A stretch of 64,000 nt of DNA from Sphingomonadales bacterium (GCA_043741135.1 JAYUAU010000098.1:17368-81367); one strand, 5' to 3'; numbered from the stretch's first letter, positions 19,125 to 29,263 are shown. Notes: generated by a model from the letters alone, not told the origin. Made by a program: numbers and translations.

Positions 19125-19699
19125 GACAATTGCCGCCCGAGATTGATGATCATCGCCGCCGTCGCGCCCCAAATCCGAAAACCATCCCAATGCATTTCAT
19201 GAAAAGTGCGCGCTGCCCCTTGCCAGTGCATCGTTTGGAGGTGGTGATTAGTGCGGTCAAGCACGAACGACAGCGGCACTTCGAAAATCGCCTCAACCTC
19301 ATCGTCATTGGGGCGGAGCGGCAAATCTGGCGCGATAATGCCGATCACGGGTGTGATGTGATAGCCAGTTCCCGTGCGGTAGGGGGCGAGTGCACCAATC
19401 ACCCTGACCGATGATCGCGACAACGCAATTTCCTCTTCGGCTTCGCGCAGCGCCGCAGCAATATGATCTTCGTCGCTAGCATCAACACGCCCACCGGGAA
19501 ACGCAACTTGACCAGGGTGGCGACGCATTGTTTCGGGTCGCTTCGTGAGGATGATGCCCGGCTCTGCGCGGTCAGTAATCGCAATCAAGACCGCAGCGGG
19601 CACTCCGCTATCCTGCGGGAGACTCTCAAGGCCATCGCCAATCAGCAACGCCTCACGCGTCGATTGACCCATTGCCGCCCGCAATCGCGCCTCAAGCAT
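19118..19699 (-). CDS. CoA pyrophosphatase (Nudix hydrolase)
   Basis: ILTKRPETMRRHPGQVAFPGG plus the Nudix box GRVDASDEDHIAAALREAEEEIAL. Start taken at the internal Met (MLEARL). Confidence 0.8.
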   Translation of the reverse strand: MLEARLRAAMGQSTREALLIGDGLESLPQDSGVPAAVLIAITDRAEPGIILTKRPETMRRHPGQVAFPGGRVDASDEDHIAAALREAEEEIALSRSSVRVIGALAPYRTGTGYHITPVIGIIAPDLPLRPNDDEVEAIFEVPLSFVLDRTNHHLQTMHWQGAARTFHEMHWDGFRIWGATAAMIINLGRQLSW

Positions 19700-20264
19700 G
19701 GTCTGCGGACATCGCAAAGAAAGCGCCGTCGCTCCAAACGCCCGGCGGTTCAGCACCTTCATCAAGCGCAATTGCGGTCAATTCATAATAAACAGGCCTC
19801 ACAATCAGCGCTTCCATGCCGCCGCGCACCATCACATAGGGGCGCGGGCCATCACTCGTATCAGCAAAGCGGACGGGATGTGCAGGGCCAGCGACAACGA
19901 GTTCATCAGTGTTGAGTCGGAACGCAAGGCGGCGATTTTCGCGCGCGCCTTCAATCTTGACCTCAACCGCAATAAACGGCGCATCCTCAACGATGATATC
20001 AAGTTTTTCAGCAGGCGTAACGAGCACATAGCTGCCATCTGCCTCACGCCGCAATATTGTGGAAAAGAGCTGTACCATCGCTTTGCGGCCAATCGGCGAT
20101 CCTTGGTGAAACCAAGTGCCGTCTGCCGCAATCCGCATCTCACTATCGCCGCAGTGCGATGGGTTCCAGCTTTCGACCGGCGGCAGTCTTTTCTCCGCCA
20201 CAGCACGCGCGATTTCTGCGAGCGAGAGCGTCGCGAGGTCAGCAAGGGGTTCAGGCATTGGCAT
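19692..20264 (-). CDS. DUF1285 domain protein
   Basis: PPVESWNPSHCGDSEMRIAADGTWFHQGSPIGRKAMVQLFSTIL is the conserved DUF1285 N-terminal block. Confidence 0.75.
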   Translation of the reverse strand: MPMPEPLADLATLSLAEIARAVAEKRLPPVESWNPSHCGDSEMRIAADGTWFHQGSPIGRKAMVQLFSTILRREADGSYVLVTPAEKLDIIVEDAPFIAVEVKIEGARENRRLAFRLNTDELVVAGPAHPVRFADTSDGPRPYVMVRGGMEALIVRPVYYELTAIALDEGAEPPGVWSDGAFFAMSADHA

Positions 20265-20302
20265 AGCCTTGTCTTATGCCATTGCGACGTTAGCGCAAGC
20301 CT

Positions 20303-20351
20303 TAGACCCCTATTCGATCACGGCGTGCAAATGTGGTCGAATAGGGGTCTA
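20303..20351. repeat. perfect 15-bp inverted repeat with 19-nt spacer
   Basis: TAGACCCCTATTCGA (20303-20317) and TCGAATAGGGGTCTA (20337-20351). The right arm overlaps the stop codon of the GNAT gene. Confidence 0.7.
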
Positions 20352-20918
20352 GGGATTAGGCACAATCCGCCCGTGCACCGCAACGCCGCCCGCGCGCGTG
20401 ATCCGTGCGAGCAAACGGTGACGCTCAACGGGGCCGGGAAGCGACCATCCAGCGGTAGCATCAGCGGTAAAATCAAAGAAGCGCTCGTAATATTCCGGAT
20501 CACCAATCATCATCAGGGCCTGATGGCCGTATTGATCAGCGGCGGTGATTAAACGCTCCATCAAAAACTTACCCACGCCGCTGCGCTGAAGATCGGGCCT
20601 GACCGCAACCGGCCCAACCAACGTCATCGCATCCGATGCGCCGTCAGCATTCTCGATCCGAACGGGCCAGCTTTGCAGCGTTCCCACTAATTGGCCCGCG
20701 TCATCAAGCGCTGCGAAGCTTAACAGTTCAATTGCGCGCGTGCCTGCGCGAAGCTGATATGCCGTGCGCGATTTTCGGTCTTCACCAAAAGCGAGATCAA
20801 GCAAAGTTTCGATGTCTGTATCATCAATCTGGTTAAGCGGGACAATTTGGTGCAAAATTATGTGTGGCTTTCCGTAAGCGAGTGGGCCGCGTGCATTAGC
20901 GGTATCGCTGCAAAACAA
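20349..20918 (-). CDS. GNAT family N-acetyltransferase
   Basis: VAVRPDLQRSGVGKFLMERLI is acetyl-CoA-binding motif A (Q/RxxGxG/A). N-terminal start is uncertain. Confidence 0.7.
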   Translation of the reverse strand: MFCSDTANARGPLAYGKPHIILHQIVPLNQIDDTDIETLLDLAFGEDRKSRTAYQLRAGTRAIELLSFAALDDAGQLVGTLQSWPVRIENADGASDAMTLVGPVAVRPDLQRSGVGKFLMERLITAADQYGHQALMMIGDPEYYERFFDFTADATAGWSLPGPVERHRLLARITRAGGVAVHGRIVPNP

Positions 20919-20926
20919 AAGGCATT

Positions 20927-21310
20927 ATGCGCCGCGTCATGAATGATATGCTAACGCTTGAGGTGCGTGACCTCGAAGTCTTGGTGCTGACCGGCATCTA
21001 TTCCGAAGAAACTCATCTGCCTCAGCCGCTGCGCATCTCAACGATCGTTGAGATGGATTGCCCCGCGCATTTTTCTGCTGATACGCCGCTCACCGCGTCC
21101 AAAAATTATATGGATATTAAAAATGCGATGTCGATCGCGCTGCCGGTGGGGGTTCATTTCGTCCTAATCGAGGCGGTTGCTGATCATATTGCGGACGCCT
21201 TGTTCACCCAAGATGCGCGCGTAAAGCGTGTCGAAGTCAACATAGTCAAGCTGGCGATTGCTGAAGCAGGCGAATCAATTGGCATCACATTGGTGCGTCA
21301 CCGGCGATGA
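20927..21310 (+). CDS. folB: dihydroneopterin aldolase family protein
   Basis: 127 aa. LEVRDLEVLVLTGIYSEETHLPQPLRIS...DYMDIKNA... fits the FolB pattern. ATGA overlap with the downstream SDR. Confidence 0.7.
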   Translation: MRRVMNDMLTLEVRDLEVLVLTGIYSEETHLPQPLRISTIVEMDCPAHFSADTPLTASKNYMDIKNAMSIALPVGVHFVLIEAVADHIADALFTQDARVKRVEVNIVKLAIAEAGESIGITLVRHRR

Positions 21311-22062
21311 AACTCGCGCTTGTCACTGGCGGATTTCGGCGCGTAGGGGCAGCGATTGCGGCGCGGCTCGCAAATGACGGCTGGACGCTGGCACTCCACT
21401 GTCGGACGGCAAGTGAACCCGATGCTGATTTAGCACTGGCGCTTCATGCCAATGCGACGGTGTGGCACAGATTTGCCGCCGATTTGGCCAATGGTGATGA
21501 AGTTCTCAATCTACTGCCGCGTATTCACGCGCATTTTGGTGCTTATCCCGATCTGATCGTCAATAATGCCTCGATGTTTATCTGGGATAATCCCGCAAGC
21601 GTGACGCCGCAAGCAATGGCCGCACACCACGCTATAAACGTGATAGCGCCCGTGCTGCTCGCCACCTCGCTTGCAACGCACAGTGGCGACGACGCGCGCG
21701 CATCTGTGGTCAACATCCTAGATCAACGGATAAGGCAGCCTAATGGCGATCAATTGAGTTATACTTTGTCAAAGCAAGCGCTGGCGGCGGCAACCGATAC
21801 GCTTGCACGGTCGCTTGCGCCAATTGTGCGGGTGAACGCGGTTGCGCCCGGGCTAACGCTAGCCACTGATGATTACCGCCCCGCGCAATTGGCTGCGCTT
21901 GCGAGGGAAATGCCACTAAACATCTTGCCAGAACCCGAGGATATTGCGGATGCGGTTGCATGGCTCAGCTCAGCGCGCGCGACAACGGGCCAGACAATCT
22001 TCGTTGATGGCGGCGCGAACTTGAGAAGCTTTGCCCGCGATTTTGTGTTTATGGACGCCTAG
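21307..22062 (+). CDS. SDR family oxidoreductase (pteridine-reductase-like)
   Basis: ALVTGGFRRVGAAIAARLA (a TGxxxRxG-like Rossmann motif), NNAS, and YTLSKQAL (the YxxxK catalytic pair). Confidence 0.8.
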   Translation: MKLALVTGGFRRVGAAIAARLANDGWTLALHCRTASEPDADLALALHANATVWHRFAADLANGDEVLNLLPRIHAHFGAYPDLIVNNASMFIWDNPASVTPQAMAAHHAINVIAPVLLATSLATHSGDDARASVVNILDQRIRQPNGDQLSYTLSKQALAAATDTLARSLAPIVRVNAVAPGLTLATDDYRPAQLAALAREMPLNILPEPEDIADAVAWLSSARATTGQTIFVDGGANLRSFARDFVFMDA

Positions 22063-22090
22063 CGCCTGATGATTTTAAGTTGATCTACTT

Positions 22091-22171
22091 CGTCTTTGCG
22101 AGCGAAGCGCGGCAATCCATACTATGGTTCCGCGAGTGGATTGCCGCGTCGCTGCGCTCCTCGCAAAGACG
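22091..22171. repeat. 81-bp nested-palindrome intergenic repeat, copy B
   Basis: CGTCTTTGCGAGCGAAGCGCGGCAATCCATACTATGGTTCCGCGAGTGGATTGCCGCGTCGCTGCGCTCCTCGCAAAGACG, between convergent genes. Confidence 0.85.
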
Positions 22172-22184
22172 ATTCAGCGACATG

Positions 22185-23027
22185 TCATCTTCCTCTAGCA
22201 CGCGCCCGTGGGCAGGTGCCAAGCCCGCTTACCACTGTGCGGTAATCCACTGCGACAATCTGCGCATCTTCAGCTGAGAGGCCTTCAACTGATCCGCGCG
22301 GGAGCATTCGGGGCAAGAAACAAGCCAGCCGATACCACAACAGCGTATCACGCGTTGGATTTGCGGCTTGCGAATCGACCAGCTCACCCGATGATATCGA
22401 CCAAGACGGAACGATGCCGGGGCTTCGAATCACGCTGAAGGAGATCGGGCGACCATCGGCTGTCGCAAGGAAAATCTGGGTTTCACCTTCACCCTCTAGC
22501 GTTCCCGCGACATGAAATGCGTTGCCAACGCCGGTAACACGCGGGGGAGCGTCAGTGCGGCTATCTTCAGCGAGAATCGCGCGGACACGCGCTACGTCTG
22601 CGGGGGTAGCAGTGATTTGGGCATCGGGCGCGATTAGCTGAAGCTCAGTTGGGCGATTCGCAACGACGCCCGCAAACGCCAACACATCGCTATTAACGAG
22701 TTTAGGAAGCTTGCCAGCCGAATCGCGCGGCGCATCGAACAGATATTTTACGCGCGGGGGGAGTGCTCCATTGCTGCGAATCAACGCGGTAACATCGGCT
22801 TCGATAAGATATCTTTGATGCGTTAACAAAACACCCGCTGCGGCTACGCCGGTTATTTTTATGGCTTTTCGGATTCGCAATTGAGCCGTGATCGGCGCTG
22901 TTGTCGCAAGGTCTGCGAGATCAGCATAGAGCGTTGCAGGCACAGGAGCAGGCGCACTTTTCTGGGCGCTTGCGGTGTTTGGCACGCTTGTTATCACTAT
23001 GCTGCATATGAGCAAGATTCGGTTCAT
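22185..23027 (-). CDS. secreted hypothetical protein
   Basis: 280 aa with signal peptide MNRILLICSIVITSVPNTASAQ. No recognisable motif. Confidence 0.55.
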   Translation of the reverse strand: MNRILLICSIVITSVPNTASAQKSAPAPVPATLYADLADLATTAPITAQLRIRKAIKITGVAAAGVLLTHQRYLIEADVTALIRSNGALPPRVKYLFDAPRDSAGKLPKLVNSDVLAFAGVVANRPTELQLIAPDAQITATPADVARVRAILAEDSRTDAPPRVTGVGNAFHVAGTLEGEGETQIFLATADGRPISFSVIRSPGIVPSWSISSGELVDSQAANPTRDTLLWYRLACFLPRMLPRGSVEGLSAEDAQIVAVDYRTVVSGLGTCPRARARGR

Positions 23028-23266
23028 GAATAGCGTCCTCGTGATTGCGCAGACTATGCAGAATTACGCCGCTCGCCATAGCCATATCAGCGCGCGTTGG
23101 AAAATGGTTTGCGTCAAATGGGAGAGCGCGATAGACGCAAAGCGAACCCAATCAGACAAATGCGATGGGGTCCTTAGTTGGTTGCAGATTTTGTGATTGA
23201 GCGATTGCCATTCACCTTAGCCTGTGTCAGCTTCGTGAAGCTAGTTAGAGGGAGACTTGTGTTTTA

Positions 23267-23929
23267 ATGGCCTATGCTGATCAAGAAGTAAGCACCGGTC
23301 GGATGGTCGCCATCGGTTTTGTTGCGTTGCTCCATGTGGGTGTTGGTTATGCCCTCGTAACCGGACTTGCATATGACGCTGCAAAAGAGGTGTTTGAAGA
23401 CCTGAAGACGTTCGACGTGCAGGAAGACAAGCCTGAAGAGCCGGAGAAACCACCTCCGCCGCCTGAAAAGCTTGATATTCCCCCACCGCCAAAGGTAACT
23501 GCGCCGCCACCTGTAAACGTGAGCAATGTTGTTTCAACCAACACGATTGCCCCGATCACGCAAACCGCGGCTCCAGCACCACCCCCTCCGCCCCCGCCGG
23601 TAGCAGCGCCACCGCCGCCACCGCCGCCGCGTTTGGCTGAAAAGGCCAAGCCTAAGGGGGCGCCAGGAAATTGGGCAACCACCGATGATTATCCGCCGTC
23701 AGCGCTTCGTAACGAAGAAGCAGGGACGACTGGATTTAAGGTTGATATCGGCCCCGACGGTAAAGTGTCTAGCTGTACTGTCACTAAATCGAGCGGCTCA
23801 GGCACGCTTGACGATGCGACCTGCAAGCTTGTGTCGAGGCGTGCCCGATTTACACCCGCGAAGAACGCAGATGGAAGCCCGACAACTGACAGTTACAGCA
23901 ATCGAATAGTGTGGAAGATCCCAGAATAA
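23267..23929 (+). CDS. energy transducer TonB
   Basis: N-terminal TM anchor, Pro-rich spacer (PEEPEKPPPPPEKLDIPPPPKVTAPPP...PPPPPPPVAAPPPPPPP), then a C-terminal TonB domain (YPPSALRNEEAGTTGFKVDIGPDGKVSSC...RFTPAKN). Confidence 0.85.
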   Translation: MAYADQEVSTGRMVAIGFVALLHVGVGYALVTGLAYDAAKEVFEDLKTFDVQEDKPEEPEKPPPPPEKLDIPPPPKVTAPPPVNVSNVVSTNTIAPITQTAAPAPPPPPPPVAAPPPPPPPRLAEKAKPKGAPGNWATTDDYPPSALRNEEAGTTGFKVDIGPDGKVSSCTVTKSSGSGTLDDATCKLVSRRARFTPAKNADGSPTTDSYSNRIVWKIPE

Positions 23930-23990
23930 CAGGGATTTGAGATCAACCGCGAAGTAATCAATATATAGTTTTGAAGAGGAAGTTTTAGTT

Positions 23991-24746
23991 ATGTCAAATC
24001 TCATGATCCTTGCAACGGCGCAAACCGATGCTGTCGCGAAGAAGTTCGGCCTTGTTCAGGCGCTGCAAGAAGGTGGCCCAATTTCTTATACCATCTTTAT
24101 CATCCTCGTGATCATGTCGGCTGCGTCGTGGTACATCATGTTCACCAAATTGTTTGAACAAAGCAAAGTGCTCAAGGACGCTAAAGAAGGCACCGCAAAA
24201 TTCTGGTCAGCAGGCAGCGTCCGTGATGGCGCAGCGAAGCTCGACAAGAACTCGGCTTTCCGTCAGCTTGTTGATGATGGCCTCAAGGCTGAAGATCAGC
24301 ACGGCAAATTGACTGACCCCGTTGATTTGCACGAATGGATTTATGGCGCACTTGGCCGTAGCCAAAATTCAGTCAATTCAAAGCTTGGTGGCGGGCTTCC
24401 GTTCCTCGCAACGGTTGGATCAACATCGCCGTTCGTTGGCTTGCTTGGCACCGTTATCGGCATTTACAATGCGCTGATCAAAATTGGTGCCACGGGTAAT
24501 GCTGATATTGCGTCGGTTGCTGGCCCCGTTGGTGAAGCGTTGATCATGACTGCCATTGGTCTCGTCGTCGCGGTTCCTGCGGTTATGGGCTATAACTGGC
24601 TGCAACGTCGCAATAAAGTGATTGCTGAACAGCTTGGCAATTTCTCAAACGATCTGCACAATTATATGACGTCAGCAGGTGCATTAAAGCCAGCCGTTCG
24701 CGGCACAGCAGCCAAAGCGCCTGCTAAGGCTCCTGCCAAGGCATAA
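23991..24746 (+). CDS. exbB: MotA/TolQ/ExbB proton-channel family protein
   Basis: LATVGSTSPFVGLLGTVIGIYNAL...VAGPVGEALIMTAIGLVVAVPAV is the ExbB/TolQ signature. Confidence 0.85.
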   Translation: MSNLMILATAQTDAVAKKFGLVQALQEGGPISYTIFIILVIMSAASWYIMFTKLFEQSKVLKDAKEGTAKFWSAGSVRDGAAKLDKNSAFRQLVDDGLKAEDQHGKLTDPVDLHEWIYGALGRSQNSVNSKLGGGLPFLATVGSTSPFVGLLGTVIGIYNALIKIGATGNADIASVAGPVGEALIMTAIGLVVAVPAVMGYNWLQRRNKVIAEQLGNFSNDLHNYMTSAGALKPAVRGTAAKAPAKAPAKA

Positions 24747-24830
24747 TGTGGCGGCGTGGGGTCGGCAGTTTAACTGCCCTCCCCGCTCCCCGCAATCACT
24801 GTTTGTACGATTATAGATAGGAATGTTTCG

Positions 24831-25304
24831 ATGGCCATGAGTGCTGCCGGCGCGAGCTCCGAAGAAGAAAAACCGATGTCGGACATCAACACAACGCCAC
24901 TTGTTGACGTGATGCTGGTGCTTTTGATCATCTTTCTGATCACCATTCCGGTGGCGATCAAAAAAATTCCGATGGCGCTGCCAACGTTGCGCTATCAACC
25001 AACGGTGACGAAGGCTGAAAATGTTGTGCTTTCGGTTCGCGGCGAAACTGATGGTTCGTGCGGCGTTTATTGGGGGCAGTCACGGTTGAATTCAACTGAG
25101 CTGCTCAATCAAGCGGCGTTGAAATTCAAGAACGAAGCTGATCGGTTGGGTAAAGGCATTACTGACCCCGACAAATTCCCTGAAGTGCATATTCGTGGTG
25201 ACAAAAATACGCCTTACCGGTGCATTGGTGGCACGATTTCGATCATGCAATCGGCAGGCTTTATTCGCGTTGGCTTCATTTCGGAGCCCAAGATTGCGGG
25301 TTGA
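24831..25304 (+). CDS. exbD: ExbD/TolR biopolymer transport protein (copy 1)
   Basis: DINTTPLVDVMLVLLIIFLIT is the ExbD N-terminal motif. Confidence 0.85.
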   Translation: MAMSAAGASSEEEKPMSDINTTPLVDVMLVLLIIFLITIPVAIKKIPMALPTLRYQPTVTKAENVVLSVRGETDGSCGVYWGQSRLNSTELLNQAALKFKNEADRLGKGITDPDKFPEVHIRGDKNTPYRCIGGTISIMQSAGFIRVGFISEPKIAG

Positions 25305-25349
25305 TCGATTGATCACGCCGCAACCTCGTTTATTTTGGAGTATTAAATC

Positions 25350-25784
25350 ATGGCAATGAGTTCAGGCGGCGCCGAAGGCGATCCGATGATGGACATCAAC
25401 ACAACGCCGCTGATCGATGTGATGTTGGTGTTGTTGATCATGTTCATCATTACACTTCCCCCCGCTACGCATGCGGTGAAAATCGATTTGCCGCAGGATT
25501 GCGCCCCAAAGTGCCCAGACCTACCAGATATTAAGCCGGTGAAAAATTCGCTCTACATTGCACCAAATGATGCGATTCTTTGGAACGGTGCGCCGGTGGC
25601 TTTGTCTCAAATTCAAGGGCTGCTTGAAGCCACTCAGACAATGGATCCCATTCCTGAGCTCCATCTCCAGCCAGACCCAGCCGCGCGCTATGACATCGTC
25701 AACAATGTGTTGGCGGCAACCAAGCGGGCTAAGGTTTCAAAAATGGGCTTCATCGGAAACGAAGCTTACCGCGGCGCTTTCTAA
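25350..25784 (+). CDS. exbD: ExbD/TolR biopolymer transport protein (copy 2)
   Basis: DINTTPLIDVMLVLLIMFIIT is the ExbD motif. Paralog of the upstream gene. Confidence 0.85.
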   Translation: MAMSSGGAEGDPMMDINTTPLIDVMLVLLIMFIITLPPATHAVKIDLPQDCAPKCPDLPDIKPVKNSLYIAPNDAILWNGAPVALSQIQGLLEATQTMDPIPELHLQPDPAARYDIVNNVLAATKRAKVSKMGFIGNEAYRGAF

Positions 25785-25868
25785 GCATTTCGCGAAGAAA
25801 ATCGAGGGGGGTGGCGCGACTGTGCTGCTCCCCGTTTTTTGGTTTCGCCATATTACATTCCACTGAGT

Positions 25869-26000
25869 CGTCTTTGCGAGGAGTCCTTCGACTGGCTGGC
25901 AAGCCAGCCGCTCTGGACAGGCTGGGGCATATGCCCCAGCGACGCGGCAATCCACTCGCGGCACCATTGGATGGATTGCCGCGCTTCGCTCGCAAAGACG
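25869..26000. repeat. nested-palindrome intergenic repeat, copy C, carrying an internal insertion
   Basis: Same termini as copy A (CGTCTTTGCGAGGAG ... GGATTGCCGCGCTTCGCTCGCAAAGACG), but 132 bp long. The extra segment holds its own palindromes (CTGGCTGGCAAGCCAGCC, GGGGCATATGCCCC). Confidence 0.8.
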
Positions 26001-26034
26001 AATGGTGCAGATTTTTTGCACGATGCTCTAGGCG

Positions 26035-27324
26035 CTAATCAGCAAACGGATCGCGCACTAAGATTGTATCATCACGCTGCGGCGATGTTGATACCAGCGC
26101 AACGGGACACTCGATCAATTCTTCTACGCGCCGGATATATTTGATCGCTTGTGCAGGCAGATCAGCCCAGCTGCGCGCGCCGGCGGTGGTTTGGTGCCAG
26201 CCTTCAATCTCTTCATAAATCGGCTGAACCCCGGCCTGATCGGCTGCGTGTGGCGGCAAATAATCATAAGTCCGGTCACCAATTCGGTAACCCGTGCAGA
26301 TTTTTAGCGTGTCAAAACCGTCAAGCACGTCAAGCTTAGTGAGCGCGATACCCGTAATCCCGCTCACCGCAGCGGACTGACGCACCAGCACAGCATCAAA
26401 CCAACCACAACGCCGTTTCCGCCCCGTAACGGTGCCAAATTCGTGGCCCCGCTCACCCAATCGCTGGCCAGTTTCGTCTTCAAGCTCGGTTGGGAAGGGG
26501 CCAGAGCCAACACGCGTTGTGTAGGCTTTGACAATACCCAGAACGAAGCCCGATGCAGAAGGCCCCAGCCCTGATCCGCCTGACGCGGTTCCCGCAATCG
26601 TGTTTGATGATGTGACGAAGGGATAAGTGCCGTGATCAACATCAAGCAAAACGCCTTGCGCGCCTTCGAACAAGATGCGCTTGCCAGCTTTACGCGCTTG
26701 GTTGAGGATCAGCCACACGGGCTTTGCATAGGGCAATATGAACGCCGCAATCTCGCGCAGCTCTGCAATGATCGCGTCGCGGTCAAGCGGAGGTTGGCCA
26801 AATCCAGCGAGCAAAGCATCGTGGTGCGCGCAAATCCTATCAAGCTGAGCGCCGAGATCGTCAAGATGCGCGAGATCACAAACGCGGATCGCGCGCCGCC
26901 CGACTTTATCTTCATAAGCAGGGCCAATCCCACGCCGCGTTGTGCCGATCTTCCCCGCACCGCTTGCATCTTCGCGCAAAGCGTCAAGATTGCGGTGGAA
27001 GGGCAGGATCAGCGGGCAGGTTTCGGCAATATGAAGGTTCGCCGGGGTGATCGTCACGCCTTGGCCTGCTAGCTTGGCGACTTCATCACGGAAATGCCAA
27101 GGATCAAGCACAACGCCGTTGCCAATGACTGATAAGGTCCCGCGTACGATCCCGGATGGCAGAAGCGAGAGTTTATAGACTTGATCGCCGACAACAAGCG
27201 TATGCCCCGCATTATGCCCGCCCTGAAAACGCACGACAACATCAGCGCGGCTCGCCAGCCAATCGACAATCTTGCCTTTGCCTTCATCGCCCCACTGAGC
27301 GCCAATCACGGTCACATTTGCCAA
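26035..27324 (-). CDS. purA: adenylosuccinate synthase
   Basis: [59 protein letters not shown]. Confidence 0.95.
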   Translation of the reverse strand: MANVTVIGAQWGDEGKGKIVDWLASRADVVVRFQGGHNAGHTLVVGDQVYKLSLLPSGIVRGTLSVIGNGVVLDPWHFRDEVAKLAGQGVTITPANLHIAETCPLILPFHRNLDALREDASGAGKIGTTRRGIGPAYEDKVGRRAIRVCDLAHLDDLGAQLDRICAHHDALLAGFGQPPLDRDAIIAELREIAAFILPYAKPVWLILNQARKAGKRILFEGAQGVLLDVDHGTYPFVTSSNTIAGTASGGSGLGPSASGFVLGIVKAYTTRVGSGPFPTELEDETGQRLGERGHEFGTVTGRKRRCGWFDAVLVRQSAAVSGITGIALTKLDVLDGFDTLKICTGYRIGDRTYDYLPPHAADQAGVQPIYEEIEGWHQTTAGARSWADLPAQAIKYIRRVEELIECPVALVSTSPQRDDTILVRDPFAD

Positions 27325-27413
27325 ATCAAGTCACTTTCGCGCGTGTTGAAACCGCGCCGGCCCTAGTGATTTCGCGCGGCTTCGTCCACCGTTAAGATGC
27401 GACTGTCACAATC

Positions 27414-28571
27414 TCACAACCGAAATCGCAGCTCAAACACCGCGCCGCCGCCACTGCGCGGCAAAGCGTGCACGGTGCCGCCGTGCGCCTCAACGATTGA
27501 AGCGACGACGGATAAGCCAAGCCCACTGCCGCCAGCTGCTCGGTTACGCGATGTGTCGCTGCGCCAAAAGGGCTCGAACAGCAAAGCAGGGTCGCCCGCA
27601 GGAAGCCCGGGGCCGCGATCACTGACGCGAATGATCGCCGCCCGCTTTTCAATTAAAGTCTCAACGTGAATAGAAAGCCCTGCGGTCGCATGAACGCGCG
27701 CGTTTTGAACCAAAGCCAAGGTCGCTTGCCGAATGCGGTTGGGGTCAGCGCGCACGGGGCAGGCGCGCAATTCGCGGCTCACATCTATACCCACAGCGCT
27801 TAGATCAGGCTCAACGAGGTCTAATAAAGCCCCAATTTCGGTGGCAAGATCGATAGGCTCGCGCTTCATGCCGAGCCGTCCGGCATTAGCGAGGCTGACA
27901 ACACTAAGATCATTGACGATCTGAGTGAGCGAATCGACTTGATTGATCAACAGTTCAATATCGCGACCGTCGCGATTGAAGATGCCATCGAGCATCCCTT
28001 GCAGTCGGCCGCGTAAAATGGCGAGCGGGGTGCGTAGTTCATGCGCGATAGCCGCCGAACTCTCAACCGATTGACGTTCAAAACGCTCAAGCGAAGCCGC
28101 CATCAAGTTGAAATTTTCAATCATTTGATAGGTTTCACCCGCGCCACCACGGCCAGCATCCGCGCGCGCTGCCAGATTACCGCGCGCCACTTGCGAAGCG
28201 GCGATTGAAACCGATTCGAGTGGCTTGCTAATCAGCCGCGCCACGAGGATCGCCATTATACTGCTTAAAAATATCGATATGGCAGCAATGGCGGCGAGTA
28301 AATAATCGTTGATAACTTTCAGATCATTCTCAACATCTTTAGCACGCGCGAGCAATTCACGCGAAGCCTCTCGATCTGTTGGCAGCTTGAACGCACCAAC
28401 TTCTGCATTGGCTTTCACCGCAGCAGGAGACAGTCCGCGCACGAATTCGCGGTCATACCAAGCCCCAACCGCATCAGCCATGACCATCGTCACCCCTACG
28501 GTCACGATGATGCAGGTTACCATCGCAATCACGAGTTGCGTGCGCAAGCCAAAGCGGAAGCGCTTCATCAT
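27414..28571 (-). CDS. two-component sensor histidine kinase (TM-HAMP-HisKA-HATPase)
   Basis: H-box AIAHELRTPLAIL, N-box LVQNARVH, G-boxes DRGPGL and GGSGLGLS. Two TM segments. Confidence 0.85.
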   Translation of the reverse strand: MMKRFRFGLRTQLVIAMVTCIIVTVGVTMVMADAVGAWYDREFVRGLSPAAVKANAEVGAFKLPTDREASRELLARAKDVENDLKVINDYLLAAIAAISIFLSSIMAILVARLISKPLESVSIAASQVARGNLAARADAGRGGAGETYQMIENFNLMAASLERFERQSVESSAAIAHELRTPLAILRGRLQGMLDGIFNRDGRDIELLINQVDSLTQIVNDLSVVSLANAGRLGMKREPIDLATEIGALLDLVEPDLSAVGIDVSRELRACPVRADPNRIRQATLALVQNARVHATAGLSIHVETLIEKRAAIIRVSDRGPGLPAGDPALLFEPFWRSDTSRNRAAGGSGLGLSVVASIVEAHGGTVHALPRSGGGAVFELRFRL

Positions 28572-29263
28572 GCCGCGAGCCGGTAACCAACGCCGCGAAC
28601 GCCTGCGAGAAAGCCGAGCGCACCCGCACTTTCCAATTTGGCGCGTAGCTTGCTGATATGGCTATCGACGGTTCGTTCAAGCGCATTGCCATCAGCGGGC
28701 AAGCACGCGTCAAGGATTTCGCTACGCGCAAAGGCTTTACGCGGCGCGCGCGCCATGTGCGAAAGGATACGAAATTCAGTGGGCGTAACATCAATAGCGC
28801 TCGTTGCCCCCGCACTGTCGACTAAACGGATTTCGTGCGCAACCAAGTCAATCTCGATATCGCTTATGCGGATCACATTGCCGCGCCCATCAAGATCAGT
28901 CGCGCGGCGCAGCACCGCTTTGGCGCGCGCAACAAGTTCAAGCGGGTTAAACGGTTTTACCAGATAATCATCAGCACCAATCTTAAGCGCGGTGAGTTTT
29001 TCAAGGTCTTCGCCGAGTGCGGTTGACATGATCACAGGCGTATTGCCGCGCCTGCGAATCTCTGCGAGCACTTCGATACCGTCACGCTTAGGCAATTTGA
29101 CATCAAGCACAACCAGATCGGGCGTGAGCATATGGTGGAGATCAAGCGCCATATCGCCGTCCGCCGCAGTGACCGTCCGAAATCCCTCGCGCTCAAAAAA
29201 AGCAACAAAAATTTCGGCGATTTGACGTTCGTCTTCGACAATCAGGATAAGGTCGTTGCTCAT
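28568..29263 (-). CDS. OmpR/PhoB family response regulator
   Basis: ILIVEDE, DLVVLDVKLPKRDG, the receiver-domain Lys in DDYLVKPF, and the winged-helix tail GVRGVGYRL. 4-nt overlap with the kinase gene. Confidence 0.9.
   Translation of the reverse strand: MSNDLILIVEDERQIAEIFVAFFEREGFRTVTAADGDMALDLHHMLTPDLVVLDVKLPKRDGIEVLAEIRRRGNTPVIMSTALGEDLEKLTALKIGADDYLVKPFNPLELVARAKAVLRRATDLDGRGNVIRISDIEIDLVAHEIRLVDSAGATSAIDVTPTEFRILSHMARAPRKAFARSEILDACLPADGNALERTVDSHISKLRAKLESAGALGFLAGVRGVGYRLAA

Noticed and set aside
23450-23640. Highly repetitive CCGCC/CCACC tract, considered as a tandem repeat or array.
   Set aside because: It is in frame within TonB and encodes the expected Pro-rich spacer. It has no spacer-repeat periodicity.
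23267-25784. TonB-ExbB-ExbD-ExbD, considered as a possible MotAB-like defence motor (Zorya-type).
   Set aside because: This is the canonical Ton energy-transduction gene set, with standard motifs and sizes. There are no ZorC/D-like or nuclease partners.
25804-25842. Possible terminator after the second exbD (GGGG...CCCC followed by GTTTTTTGG).
   Set aside because: The stem is only 4-5 bp with a about 20-nt loop. That is too weak to call, even though the T-tract is good.
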